DNA of 64,000 bases from Lama glama (Eukaryota), in assembly GCA_028534125.1 (NCBI GenBank), contig CM052817.1, positions 75,704,001 through 75,768,000 of the forward strand, read 5' to 3'. Position numbers and translations under genes: made by a program. The notes under the pieces were generated by a model. The model ran no database searches. It saw nothing but the letters and a program-made list of their open reading frames with translations, and was not told the origin of the DNA. Shown here piece by piece: positions 25,646 to 37,836 of this stretch (within the stretch, counting starts at the first letter, position 1; every line of letters starts with the position of its first letter).

Positions 25646-26989
25646 GGCATAGGCAAACTGCTAAAAACTATATGTAAGTAGCGAATCTTAAAAGCAGCCA
25701 AAGCAAAAAGATACATCACATTTAAGATAAAGATACAAATGAAAAACAACCTTTTTACCAGGAAAAAACTGGTAAGATTTTTTGTACTAATAGAAAATAT
25801 ATCTTACTGCTTTTTGAAAAACTATGTTTAAAGTCAAAAGTGGAAGCTAAGAGAAGGGACCATTATAGGCAGCCAGGCAAGAAGAGATGGCATTTTAGAA
25901 TAAGGTAGTTACCATAAAGGTGGGGAAGAGTGGATAAATTTGGTATAGAGTAATAACGATGATGTAAATATTAATAGTGACAATAGTTAACATTTATTGC
26001 AATATTATTATATGACAGATCATATTCTAAGGGTCTTACCTTTAATAATTTATTTACTGTTTAAACAAATACATGATTATTTCCATTGTTAGACAAGAAC
26101 ACTGATCATTTCAAAAGTCGGGGACGTAGTTTTCAGTAAGTGTTGGCCATTACTCTTAAATATATGCCTGAAGGATATGAATGAAGGACAGTTGTTACAT
26201 TTCTGGATTGAACAACCAACCAGATGCATAGTGGGACTATTTTGTTAATTGTTATTAAGGTGTCAGTTCAAAATTGCCAAATATAGACCCACATATCTAC
26301 TTAAACATACTTTGATTTTTAATAGCCTTCTCTATCTTATTTAGCTCCGGCTATTTTCTCTAAAATTCACCTCCTGTTCTTCAAAAGCTACTCAAATCTA
26401 AATTACCTTTATTCTCAGTAATTAAGATCACCCTAACCACACATTCCACAAATTGTATGCATATTTTGTGTCTTATTAAAGCATAATTATATAAATAGCT
26501 ATTATATAATACATTGTTTTATAATTTCAATGTGTATTAGTTATGTTTGGATTATCAAACTGACAGTAACCTTCCTGTAAGCAAGGAAAGTGACATTCAT
26601 GTTTCTTTTTTAACTTTCATAGTGATTTTATTAATGTTGAACATATGTCTTTTAATAAACGCCCACTGCTGTACTTTCACATTTTCCATGCCTATGTACT
26701 TTGCCTCCCACATGATAAAAAATACCCACCTACTTTTTGAAAATTTTTCATAGAAAAATGGGCAGAGAAAATCATGCCTGAATCCTTCCTTTATGAAGGA
26801 TTATGAAGAATGTTATTTTGTGCTTCCGGAGTTTACTTCTCCCTGGGAATGGTGGGTGCAGAGAAGAGACAGGCAACATGAAGGGACATAACAAAGTGCA
26901 CTTTGAAACAGTAGTGTGCTGCCCTCTCCCTGGGTAGGCCTAAGGTGACAGCTGGGGAAATGTAGATACTAGGTGAGAATGCTTTCTAA

Positions 26990-27272
26990 GACAGCTGCGT
27001 GAGATTCCTCCCACGCTCTTTAGCAATGTGATTTTGCCACTTCTCAACTCAAGAGTCTGAGTCAATTTCTTGACTCCTTGAATCTGGGAAGGCCTTTAAC
27101 TGCATTTTGGTAGAGTAATACAATTTGATTTCTAAGGCTGGGCCTTAAAAAACCTTGCAGCATTCATCTCCACCCTTTAGAGCCCTGACACCACCATCCT
27201 GTGGAGAAGCACACTCCACACTACTTGTGGATGAAAGGCCATCTGGGTTCCTGGGCCCACAGCTAGCACTAA
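26990..27272 (+). mobile_element. MLT1 (I/J-like) LTR fragment
   Basis: gcaatgtgattttgccacttctcaactcaagag...ccttgaatctggg...ggccttaaaaaaccttgcagc. Confidence 0.55.
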
Positions 27273-28249
27273 GGGACAGGGGAAGCAGTTCACAGGCTTA
27301 GATAGGGGAAGGGCTGGCTGCTAAATACCATAATTCACCATTCTGTTATGAATAGAGACCAGGATATAATTATTTAATGTATTCTACTTGTGTTAATACT
27401 TTATTTGGATTTGCATGATGATTACAATTCTTTGAATAATATCTTACATGCATTTGAGAGAGATCAAATACTTTACAATTAATAATTAAGCCTCATAGTG
27501 TTTCTTTCAGAAAAAGAAAAAACTTGTAGTGCTTAGGGCAGAAAGTAAACAAGAAGTCCACTTAATGAAAATTACTAAAGGGAGTTTTATGCAGTGTAAT
27601 AATTTTGCTATTAATTTGATGAGCATGCTTTTGAAAAGAACTTATAAATAATAGATACTTAAAATGTAGTTCTAATTTTTTATAATATGAATACTCTCAC
27701 TACAGCATATCATGATAAAATTTTTAAAAGTTCTATCAGGATATAAAATGTCACTTTTCCTCTAATCTTTTGCAGACATAAAATTTTAAGTTAACGCCTT
27801 ATATTTACATAAAATTGATAGATATCTATTGTAGAGAATTTGGATTTTACAAAAGGTGAAAGGAAAATAAATCATAATGCCACGAGCCAGAACTAAGCAA
27901 TAGTAACATCGAGCAATTCCTCATAGTCATATATTTGAGTGCATTTATGTACAAGTACTTCCATGTGATTTTCATTATTTCTTTCATTTATTCTTACATT
28001 ATAAACATTTCCAAATAACTAAATATTTTTGAAAGATAATACTACTGACTTCATAATGTTCCCTGGATGTACCATAATTTATTTATAACCATTTTCTTAA
28101 ATTATATTTAGACTGTTTCTCATTTTTACTATAATAATAAAACTGTCTTCAATTTCATTATACATAAATCTTTCTTCATATCTCAGATTATTTCTTTAGA
28201 CAGACTTCATGCTCCAAATACCACTAGTAATAAATACTGCAACTACCAT

Positions 28250-28390
28250 TATACTGTATAGCTAGACACATTTATGAGTATCATTTAATTTAATCATCTC
28301 AAAAATCCTATGAGGAAGCTTTTTATTTTCCTCTTTTTGCTGATGAAGAAATCCAATCTAAGGCTGAGTTACTTGATATTAGTCAAAACA
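28250..28390 (-). mobile_element. MIR fragment
   Basis: tcatttaatttaatcatctcaaaaatcctatgagg...tttttgctgatgaagaaa. Confidence 0.55.
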
Positions 28391-28424
28391 AACAAATTAA
28401 AATACATTCTGCCTAAAGACTAAA

Positions 28425-28648
28425 GAGGTTTTAAGAGCCACACTACTTAGGTTTAAAGTCCACTTACTTCCTTTACTGCTTGTATGGCTTTGGAAAAGTT
28501 ACTTAACTTCTTTATGACTCAGTTTCCCTATCTTTAAAATGAAGATATTAAAAAGTATTGTAATGTTTTATTGTGAGAATTAAACAAGGGATACATGCCT
28601 AGCATTTAGACTAGCTCCTGGTTAATAAAAGTAGTTGAAGAAATGCTT
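28425..28648 (+). mobile_element. MIR SINE
   Basis: ctttggaaaagttacttaacttctttatgactcagtttccctatctttaaaatgaagata...ttgtgagaattaaa (MIR core). Confidence 0.75.
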
Positions 28649-28760
28649 GCAAGTATGAAGCTGGAGCTTTCTGAGAATTCTAGAAAATTAGATTTCCTAA
28701 AATGCAGCTGGCAATTAATTTCAGCAGTATGACCAACTATACCTTTTCCTTTAAATTCAA

Positions 28761-30305
28761 ATGCTCCTGGATTGGAAGAATCGGTATTCTTAAAGTGGTC
28801 CCCTGCCCAAAGGCAATCTACAATCCCTGTCAAATTACCTAGGACATATTTCACAGAACTAGAACAAATCATAATCAAGTTTATATGGAACCACAAAAGA
28901 CCTAGAATTGCCAAAGCATTACTGAAGAAAAAGGAAGAGGCTGGAGGGGTAACTCTCCCAGACTTCAGACAATGCTATAGTGCTACAGTAATCAAGACAG
29001 CATGGTATTGGTACAAAAAAAGACATATAGACCGATAGAAGAGAATAGAGAACCCAGAAATGAACCCACAAACTTTGGTCAACTAATCTTCGACAAAGGA
29101 GGCAAGAACATACAATGGAATAAAGACAGTCTCTTCAGCAAATGGTGTTGGGAAAACTGGACAGCAGCATGTACATCAGCGAAGCTAGAACACTCCCTTA
29201 CACCATATACAAAAATCAACTCAAAATGGATCAAAGACTTAAACATAAGGCAGGATACAATAAACCTCCTGGAAGAAAACATAGGCAAAACATTATCTCA
29301 CATGCATCTCAAAAATATTCTCCTAGGACAGTCTACCCAAGCAATAGAAATAAAAGCAAGAATAAACAAATGGGACCTAATTAAACTTACAGGCTTTTGC
29401 ACAGCAAAGGAAACCATAAATAAAACAAAACAACAACCTACAGAATGGGAAAAGTTTTTGGAAATGAAACCGACAAAGTCTTGATCTCCAGAATATATAA
29501 GCAGCTCATATGACTTAATAAGAAAAAAATAAACAACCCAATCCAAAAATGGGCAGAAGACCTAAACAAGCAGTTCTCCAAGGAAGAAATACAAATGATC
29601 AACAGACATATGAAAAAATGCTCAATATCACTAATTATCAGAGAAATGCAAATCAAAACTACAATGAGGTATCATCCCGCTCCTGGGCATATATCCAGAA
29701 GGAACCCTACTTCAAAATGACACCTGCACCCCAATGTTCATAGCAGCACTATTTACAATAGCTAAGACATGGAAACAGCCTAAATGTCCATCAACAGATG
29801 ACTGAATAAAGAAGAAGTGGTATATTTATACAATGGAATGCTATTCAGCCATAAAAACTGACAACATAACGCCATTTGCAGGAACACGGATGTTCCTGGA
29901 GAATGTCATTCTAAGTGAAGTAAGCCAGAAAGAGAAAGAAAAATACCATATTGGATCGCTCATATGTGGAATCTAAAAAAAAAAAAAAAACCCATGAATA
30001 CGAAACAGAAACAGACTCATAGACATAGAATACAAACTTGTGGTTGCCAAGGGAGTGGGGGGTGGGAAGGGACAGATTGGGAGTTCAAAATGTAGAATAG
30101 ATAAACAAGATTATACTGTATAGCACAGGGAAATATATACAAGATCTTGTGGTAGCTCACGGTGAAAATGTGACAATGAATATAAGTATGTTCATGTATA
30201 ACTGAAAAATTGTGCTCTGCACTGGAATTTGACACAATATTGTAAAATGACTATTACTCAATAAAAAAAAGTTTAAAAAAATTAATGTGATTCCACAAAA
30301 AAAAA
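28761..30305 (+). mobile_element. Young lineage-specific L1, 5'-truncated, closely related to 9660-13115
   Basis: ORF2 fragments 28772-29038 and 29002-29484 ([21 protein letters not shown]...) are near-identical to the minus copy. G-rich 3'UTR at 30050-30083, aataaa plus A tail. Flanking repeat ttcaaatgc at 28756-28764 and 30311-30319. Confidence 0.95.
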
Positions 30306-30344
30306 GATTTTTCAAATGCATGGTTGACATGGAATAATTCATAT

Positions 30345-30755
30345 TTCTCCAGAAATAATCAATAAACAATCTATAATAGGAATAGAAAAGAGTTTTATTT
30401 GAGCTAAACTGAGGAATATAGCCTGGGAGACAGGTTCTAAATGCACCTGTATTTTGTTCTGCCAGACTACAAAATGGGGTAACTTATAAAGGCAAAAACC
30501 ACAAAATTATGTAAGTGGTTTTTTTAGAAGCTGGAGATGACAAGAAGTAAATGTGCTTGTTAAGCAAGGATTGGGTGGTGTCAGAAATGTTTGCATAGTT
30601 ACAAGGGGAGACCTTGAAACCACAGCAGATATCAAAGCATGTTTAAAAGGCCACAAATAGGCTGTTTCAGTTTAGTTAGCCCAAAGATCAAGTTAAATCA
30701 TGTAGAAGCCATAATAAATTCCCCATACCTCAATATGTGAAAATTCCTTCCATCA
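30345..30755 (-). mobile_element. ERV1-class solo LTR (MER41-like)
   Basis: cagaaataatcaataaacaatctataataggaatagaaaagagttttatttgagctaaactgaggaatatagcctgggagacag at the left end (polyA signal on -); ends catca at 30755. Confidence 0.6.
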
Positions 30756-31019
30756 GATTAAAATACTGAAATCAAGTTTATAGAAGAGTGGTTTATTTAT
30801 TTAGATTACCACTACAAAAAGTGCCCATCCAAGATGCCACATTAGGCAATTCTGTGAAATATTTTAAACAGACAACTCATTTCTGTTTACCTTAATATTG
30901 TCACTAGAATAATCCCCCTTTTTGCTCCATTCTCCTGATTTCACAGACCTGGTGTCATTGTCCCCTTAAATTCTCCTCTATTCCCTATTATAAATGAACA
31001 TCTCAAAATGTACTATAGT

Positions 31020-31440
31020 CAGTAGTGAGCTAGAGTTGGCCTATACTTGCTAAAATAAGTGGATTGCTAAACGTTTAGGAATTTTGAAGGTAATTATTGG
31101 AGTTAGCCATTGTTAAAAATTATAAAGTTACAATTAAATTAACTATATCAAAAGCACAATAAATCCCAAAATTCATCACTTCACAATTATTTTACTACAT
31201 TTTACTATTATCTATATTCTTGAGGATCTATACATGTAGTTTTGGGGTGGAACTGCTATGTAATGGTGTACTGCTTCACATTTCTTCTCAACTATGCATT
31301 CACTGAGGTCATGTTAATATCTTAGACTCAATCATGGTGAGGATATTTATACTACAGAAGTTAACAAATGTTACAATTCAGAATTTGGAGTTATTATTGT
31401 TTCCTGAATAGCTGATTTTTAAACATTTTACCAGCTTTCC
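31020..31440 (+). mobile_element. MER63-like hAT-Blackjack DNA transposon
   Basis: cagtagtgagctagagttggc...ttaggaattttg...attcatcacttcacaattattttactacattttactattatctat...taaacattttaccagc. Confidence 0.65.
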
Positions 31441-31965
31441 TTTAACTACAGGTAGAATAACTTAAAAGTGCTGTGAAATTGTGCTTACATAGCATCTTTG
31501 CTTTTTAAAAGGAAATTTAGAAATGCATGTGTAACTTGGAGTAGAATTTGCCTACATTGTAGTTGGTTGATAAAGTTTGTACTTTTGGGGAAAGCTTTTC
31601 CTGTATCTCATAAATCATACTCACTATTCAGAGAAACTCTTTGTCTACATAGAATGTTGCCTGACAACTCATGGATTTCATCTTTTGTTTTTCTATTAAG
31701 GAATGCCTATGCGTTTACATTTTTGCGTTTTGAAACGAATATAGTTGCGATCCCTCTTAGTAGGTACAAATATGTCACTAAAAGCATGTCTCCTTTTAGA
31801 TATATACTGATTATTAATTAAGGAAAAATATAAAGCAAAGCAGTCACATGAAAAATTTTGTATATTGGGATTCTGGGTAAAATATATTAATCTTCGTTAT
31901 CAGTGAGATTCATTTACAGCCCTGTGAACTAAACACAGAGGTTTGGTCAGCTTACCATTGAGTTT

Positions 31966-32117
31966 GTTTGTTTGTTTGTTTGTTTCTTTTCCTTGTCCGG
32001 GGGTGAGGGTTATTTAGGTTTATTTGTTTATTCATTTTTTAACTTAGGTGCTGAGGATTGACCCCAGAACCTCGTGCATGCTAAGTTTGCACTCTTCCAC
32101 TGAGCTATACCCTCCCC
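31966..32117 (-). mobile_element. Vic-1-type tRNA-derived SINE (camelid)
   Basis: Minus strand reads ggggagggtatagctcagtggaagagtgcaaacttagcatgcacgaggttctggggtcaatcctcagcacc (tRNA-like head with A box and a degenerate B box), then aaataaacctaaataaccctcacccc and a (CAAA)n tail. Degenerate TSD accattgagttt (31954-31965) / aacattgaattt (32120-32131), 10/12. Confidence 0.85.
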
Positions 32118-32574
32118 ACAACATTGAATTTTGAAGCAAAGTTCTCATTTAAGATTTAGTCTGACCTTACGCTTATTCACAATAAAGTGAACTTTAAGTG
32201 AGTTTTATATAGAATTACAATAATACAATTTTCATTTACATTATCTTTTTAGAACAGTTTTTACCTAATAAATTTCCGTATATGTAAAGTTTCTCACTCT
32301 TTTCAACTTGTCAAATATATTTACCTATTTCTGTCATTAAGGTTAGGAAATTATGTTGTGTGACATACTTTATGTGGATGGCTCCTTTATAATCAATATG
32401 AAATGGTTGGAATTCTTATAATGTATCTCTTACTTTTATTGTGATAAAGTGTGGTAGACACCTCTAAGATTAAAATTGGCTTCTGGAAATTATGAAACCT
32501 TAAAAAAAAACCCAACATTTTTCATCTAATGAGAACTTAATTCTCATTCTCTATTATTCATGCTGTTTTATAAT

Positions 32575-32632
32575 TTCTCCTTCTCCTTCTTCTCCCCCAC
32601 CTCCCTCCTCCTTCTCTTCTTCTTCTTCTTGT
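32575..32632. repeat. (CCT/CTT)n pyrimidine low-complexity tract
   Basis: ttctccttctccttcttctcccccacctccctcctccttctcttcttcttcttctt. Confidence 0.8.
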
Positions 32633-32689
32633 TTATTCACACCCTCTTCCTTAACTAGCGCACTGATATATACATAGTAGAAGCTCAAG

Positions 32690-33177
32690 AAATACCTATG
32701 GAAAACTCATATATTTCAGAGCATGTGTAATTCCCTCTTGCTGAGTATGGGCTAGACATATTAACGTGCTTCTAATGAATATACTGTGGCAGAAATGATG
32801 GGATTTTTACCTCTGAAACTAAAGTACAGGAAGACTATGGCTTCCTCCTAATTTCTGTAGCTGTCTCTTAAATTGCTTTTATTTACTTAAGAAAGTCAGA
32901 TGCTTTGTCTTGAAACAGCCTTTTGGGGAGGTCCATGTGAGTATATTCAGAGGCAAATATCATGAGCTAAAAATGGATCTCCCCATAGGAGCCTTGAGAT
33001 GATTGAAGTCCTGGCTGACAAGTTAACTGAAGCCTCGTGAAAGACCTTGAGCTAGAGAACCCAGATAAGCTGGTCCCAGATTCCTGACCCATAGAAAATA
33101 TGAGATAATAAATATTTATGTTTTTAAGCTACCAAATTTAGGGGAAATAAGTTATGTAGAGTTAGATAACTAATTCA
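32690..33177 (+). mobile_element. MLT1F-like solo LTR
   Basis: tgtgtaattccctcttgctgagtatgggctagac...ccagattcctgacccatagaaaatatgagataataaat...tagataactaattca. Confidence 0.75.
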
Positions 33178-33219
33178 CAGAGACTAACTTCCTCTTTACC
33201 AAAACCATTCCTTGTTCCT

Positions 33220-33455
33220 GACTAATGAAAAGTTGGCATATGTAATATACAACACTTCTAAATCTGGCTCATAATCTTTCACTCTACCTCTTAAACACAT
33301 TTGCCAGTTGGATGTCAATACCCAGAGCTACAGTAAAAGCCACACGTTGAAGAGGTCAAGGCTTTTATCAACATGATTTGCTGAGTGGTTTCATGGAGCA
33401 GTGTACCTCTAAGGTGCTGATTTGACTTGAGAAATAAACTTCTGTGGTGTTAAGT
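33220..33455 (+). mobile_element. MLT1J-like LTR fragment
   Basis: aaaagccacacgttgaaga...tcatggagcag...tgagaaataaacttctgtggtgttaag. Confidence 0.5.
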
Positions 33456-33599
33456 GTGGCAGCAGATAGGATTGTAGAGTAAATTAAGAAGGAGTCTTCT
33501 CTGGTTTACCTGAAAATTATCACCTAAGGAATAGAGCTCTTACCCTGTCAGGAGTAATTATACTAAAACCACAGAACTAGTGGTTTATCATTTCCCCAA

Positions 33600-33993
33600 A
33601 CAGAAATGCTGTACACAAATTCAGCTTGCCCTCAAGATCTCAGATTTAGAATGTGTCCCTATTCCATGGGGAGAGGGTACAGAAGCAGCTAGCTTGCAAC
33701 TCTTCCAAATTGTGCCCTATTTGTTTCTTCATTTGCTTGCTCCTACTGTGTATACGTTATAGTACAATTGTAATAATTAGTACAGTGCTTTCCTAAGTTG
33801 TATTTCTTTCCAGTGACTTGTTGAAAATAAGAGAATGGAATCTTTCTGCTTTTGTAGCCAGTTGCTTAGAAGAGCAGGTGGCCTGGGGACTCTCAAATTT
33901 GCAGCTGACATCTGAACTGAGAGCAGTCTTTTTGGGGATCATGCCCTTGACTTGTGGGTTCTACACTAACTAGTTAGCATCAGAATTGCTTTG
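33600..33993 (+). mobile_element. MER21-like ERV-L LTR
   Basis: tccatggggagagggtacagaagc...cagtgctttcctaagtt...tttgtagccagttgcttagaagagcaggtggcctgggga...ctacactaactagttagcatcagaattg. Confidence 0.65.
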
Positions 33994-36743
33994 AACTGTT
34001 GAAGTGTCAATATATTAATGTATTTAAGCTAGAATGTTGAAATATGGAAATAAAAATTAGAAATGTAAAATAATTGTTATACAGATAAATATTCAGGAAA
34101 AAAATTCTGACTAAGAAGAAAATAAACAGTACATTATTAGGCTGAAGATTTATTTGGAATATTATGGTTTTAAAAATGGAAACCATTTTTCTTAAATATC
34201 TTGAGATTATTTTTTAAGAACTTAAGAGGCATCAAGTCTTTTTTACCATTATAAAAGATTATACCATTATTTTGTGTGTGTGTGCCATCCAAGTTTTCAG
34301 CTAGTAGGTTCACTTGAATAAGAAATTTCAAATAGTTTTTCTTCTTTTGCAAATCAGTTTGAACCTTTCCCAAAGTAGGATTTCAATTTATTTGTTAAAA
34401 ATCCCAGAATGTTTCTGTTGTACCTCAGGGACTGGAGGCAAAGGAGTCTTCAGTGAAGACTAAGGTATATTTAAGGTCACCCTATGTTCTCTTCTCAGGA
34501 CTTCTGCACAGATTTCTCAGAACTTCTCAAAGCCTCATCTGTTCATTGTTATCCCCTTTCTTTTATATAATTAAATAAAAATTGTATTTATTCTTGCAAA
34601 TAGAATGACTTGGGCATATTAGACTTATATAACTTATTTTTCTCTTTTACATGTGAATAAAAGGAAAAAATGAGGTGACATTGAACACTGAGGATTATAG
34701 GAGAAACCAGAGCAATTTCTGTAGTCTGTATCCAAAGGGAACACAAACAAAGCCAATAAGATTTCATGACCTTCAGGGATATTTCTATAAATAATATTTA
34801 TGAATATAGTAGATAATAGTCTACAAAAAGTGTCTCCTTTAAATCTCTTTCATTTATAATTGTAAATACTTTAAAGATAGCAAACATTGTATATTTTAAT
34901 GTAGAAGATAATGGAAGAAATATGAAAGTTACCCAAGGCACAGAAGAAAGATGTATTTACAATTGTATAACTAAACCAAAGGGCATGGTGTAAGATGTTA
35001 AATGTCAAGTAACTGAACATTTAAAACAAAGGCCACCAGCATTTTCCCCCTTCATTCTTTTATCCTGTACCACTTCAAATTCATGACACAGAATAAACTA
35101 AAATTCATCTTCCTTCTTTTTTTTTCCTGGATGACCTTTTTTTCCTTTTTTACTTTGTCCAACCTTAGAGAATGTCTGTATAGTCCAATGTAAAGGAAAT
35201 CAATATGTCCAGATTGCTTATTTTTTTTAAAGTGGAATAACTTTTGCAAACTAATCAAGGAAGTAAATCATCAAGGAATAAATATTTAACAGCTATTCAT
35301 CACACTAAAAATTTAAAGTATTAGCCTCATAATTTCCATATCACCATATTGATTCTTTAAATGCAATATCTAGCTTGTTTTAATGGTGCTATAAACAAAG
35401 TGTTGAAGGAGTCTTATAATATTAATGTTCATTTATTTTTCATTGATTAGTTGTTGCTATTTAGCTCTGGAATCAAACTAACATGTGCAGTGTAATACTT
35501 TAAATTCAAGAATTCAAAATTATTTTTGTGAAATATGATAAGAATTATTTTCATAGCCTATAGGAACAATCTCAATTTTTTATAATTATAACTAATATAG
35601 TCTATTTCTAATAGCCCAATGAATATTTAAAATATTATTTGTACCACAGTGATTCTATTTCAATTTATTCTATTCAGTTGTAATCTACTCTAGTAGTTCC
35701 ATGCAAAAATTTTGGCGGGATCAGATAACTGTTTTTTACTCACTAAGAGTTTACCACCCTCAGTTTACCATAAGCAACACAGTTAAGGCCAGCATTGGCT
35801 GTACTCTATTTCTTTATTGACATGAGAACTTCCTATTTATATTCTACTTGGATACAGTCTCAAGATAGATGTGCTGTACTCTTTTGATCTGAGTGTGAGG
35901 AGGAAGATGGTTCACCTTCTGATGAAAGAGCTATTTTTGCCAACATTATTTCTCTCTTCCAAAGCCTTGTACTTGACTTCCATTTTGCTTTGCATAAAAA
36001 TAGCGCAATATTTTAACTCTCTTTAGTGACTCTATCAGTGGATCACAAAATAAGGTAGAAATACATTGTACTCACTTCAACCTTGACACTCCTATAAAGC
36101 AGGTAGGTCATTCTTTCCAAGATGAAATTTGGACCACATAGCCCCGGAGAATCAGGGAGAAACTCTGGAACTAAGCTTATTATTGTATTATGTGTTTGAA
36201 AGCGTAATTCATTCTAGATGAGTGCCCAACTTGTGAACTCTTTGTATAGTTTTTCACTGTTGATTCATATAAATCTGGAATGTAAAAGAAAACTTAGAAT
36301 ATGCTTGCAAGTTTATTGGAAGATACGCTTTCCAATAATATACCAAACATTTACTTCTTTAAACAGATCCTGAAATATCTGCACTTGTTTAATTCTGGAA
36401 ACTATGTAAGAGTCCATAATTCTAATCTTTGATTCCTAGATTAGGCGACCATTCACATGGATGAAATAATGTCAGGTATACCATTTATAAGAAGAAAAGT
36501 GAGCAGACCATTTATTTCAATCAGGAGACCCTGTACACAATTAAGCAACATTAATGATTCCTTCCGATATAATCCTTCTGACTAACCAGTTCTACCTCTT
36601 TTGGAATCCACTGTCTGGCACTGAAGTACAAGTATGTGGTCTCAGTTGCCCCAGGTTGTCTCTTTCTACTAAAGTCTGGGAGAAGATTTTAATAACACAA
36701 TCTCCCAGCAGCATCACGAACCCACAGAAAATAACCAAGAAAG

Positions 36744-36812
36744 ATATATGTGTGTGTATGTGTGTGTATAAATAAATAGATATGTACACACATATCTATA
36801 TATGTGTGTATG
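36744..36812. repeat. (TA/TG/CA) compound microsatellite
   Basis: atatatgtgtgtgtatgtgtgtgtata...tatgtacacacatatctatatatgtgtgtatg. Confidence 0.8.
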
Positions 36813-37804
36813 CAAGTATTGTTCCCCTTAGTAATATGTTCTTCAAGAATTTGATGATTTTAGTATCTTCTGAGCTCTCTCCTCAAGCACAGAAGCATAG
36901 TTTGGGTACAGGTGGCTATATCCCCAAATCTTTTGTTTCCTCTAATTAATTATTTCTCTAATCTATCTTCTTTAAGGCTATGTTCCACTTAGCTATCAAG
37001 TAAGGAATGAATAATTCAAACCACATTTTTGTGTTCCAAGTGATCTACTGAATTCAGATTATGGACAAAGGCATTCATTTCTTAAAATTTGCTCCAATGT
37101 AAAATTATAATATTCTCTCTCTTTTATTTCTAGCATCCTCAGAATTTATTTACACACAGTGATTTTCTAATGTTTGTGTTTTTAACCTTCCTTGTGTTTA
37201 TACATCTCCCAGAGACAGGCTGATATCTGATTCTAATGGTAGACATAGAGACAATGGGGAAGAGGGGCATGGGGAGAATCAGCCTTCCACCACAAGGAAG
37301 CTTCCTTAGGTGAGGGAATTCTTAGTTATTAAAGAGATGAGCTTCTACATTCAAGGGAAGCGTCACTGCCTCTTCTGGCAAAGTGGCCTCAGTGGACATG
37401 GAAGCTGGAGAGTTGAGAACATTGAGTAACCCAGATCCTCCCACATAGTAAGTTCTTGGATCTATACTCTTCCATAAATGAGTCAGTCTCACATATGCAA
37501 TCTAATGTTATCCATCAAGTCACTTCATGTTTCAAATCAGGTATCAGAAGGATCACAGAATGAGTGTTTTATTCAGCCATCTAAGCCCCCTGATGGTCAT
37601 AAAACTCCCTATGTTTGACTTTGGATGTTGAACTAATAATTAAGGGATTTTTGCTTGTGATTAACCCATCTAAATGTCGTTAGAGGTAATTATGCAATCC
37701 TGAGTTATTGAACTCATTATGGTATTCGTATTGTTCTTGGGCAATAACTATTCAATTTAGGAAAACCTTTTGTTTTAAACACTTTCTTCATGCTAGTTGG
37801 ATAA

Positions 37805-37836
37805 GGTTGGTTTGGTTTGTTTTGGTTTGGTTTTTT
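37805..37836. repeat. (GGTTT)n microsatellite
   Basis: ggttggtttggtttgttttggtttggtttttt. Confidence 0.8.

Noticed and set aside
32045..32117. tRNA-like sequence
   Set aside because: It is the head of a Vic-1-type SINE with tail and TSD; arms are mispaired, so it is not a tRNA gene.
36071..36170. Minus-strand candidate exon (EFLPDSPGLCGPNFILERMTYLLYRSVKVE, donor GAA|GTGAGT)
   Set aside because: Good donor but poor polypyrimidine tract; peptide not recognised; no partner exons.
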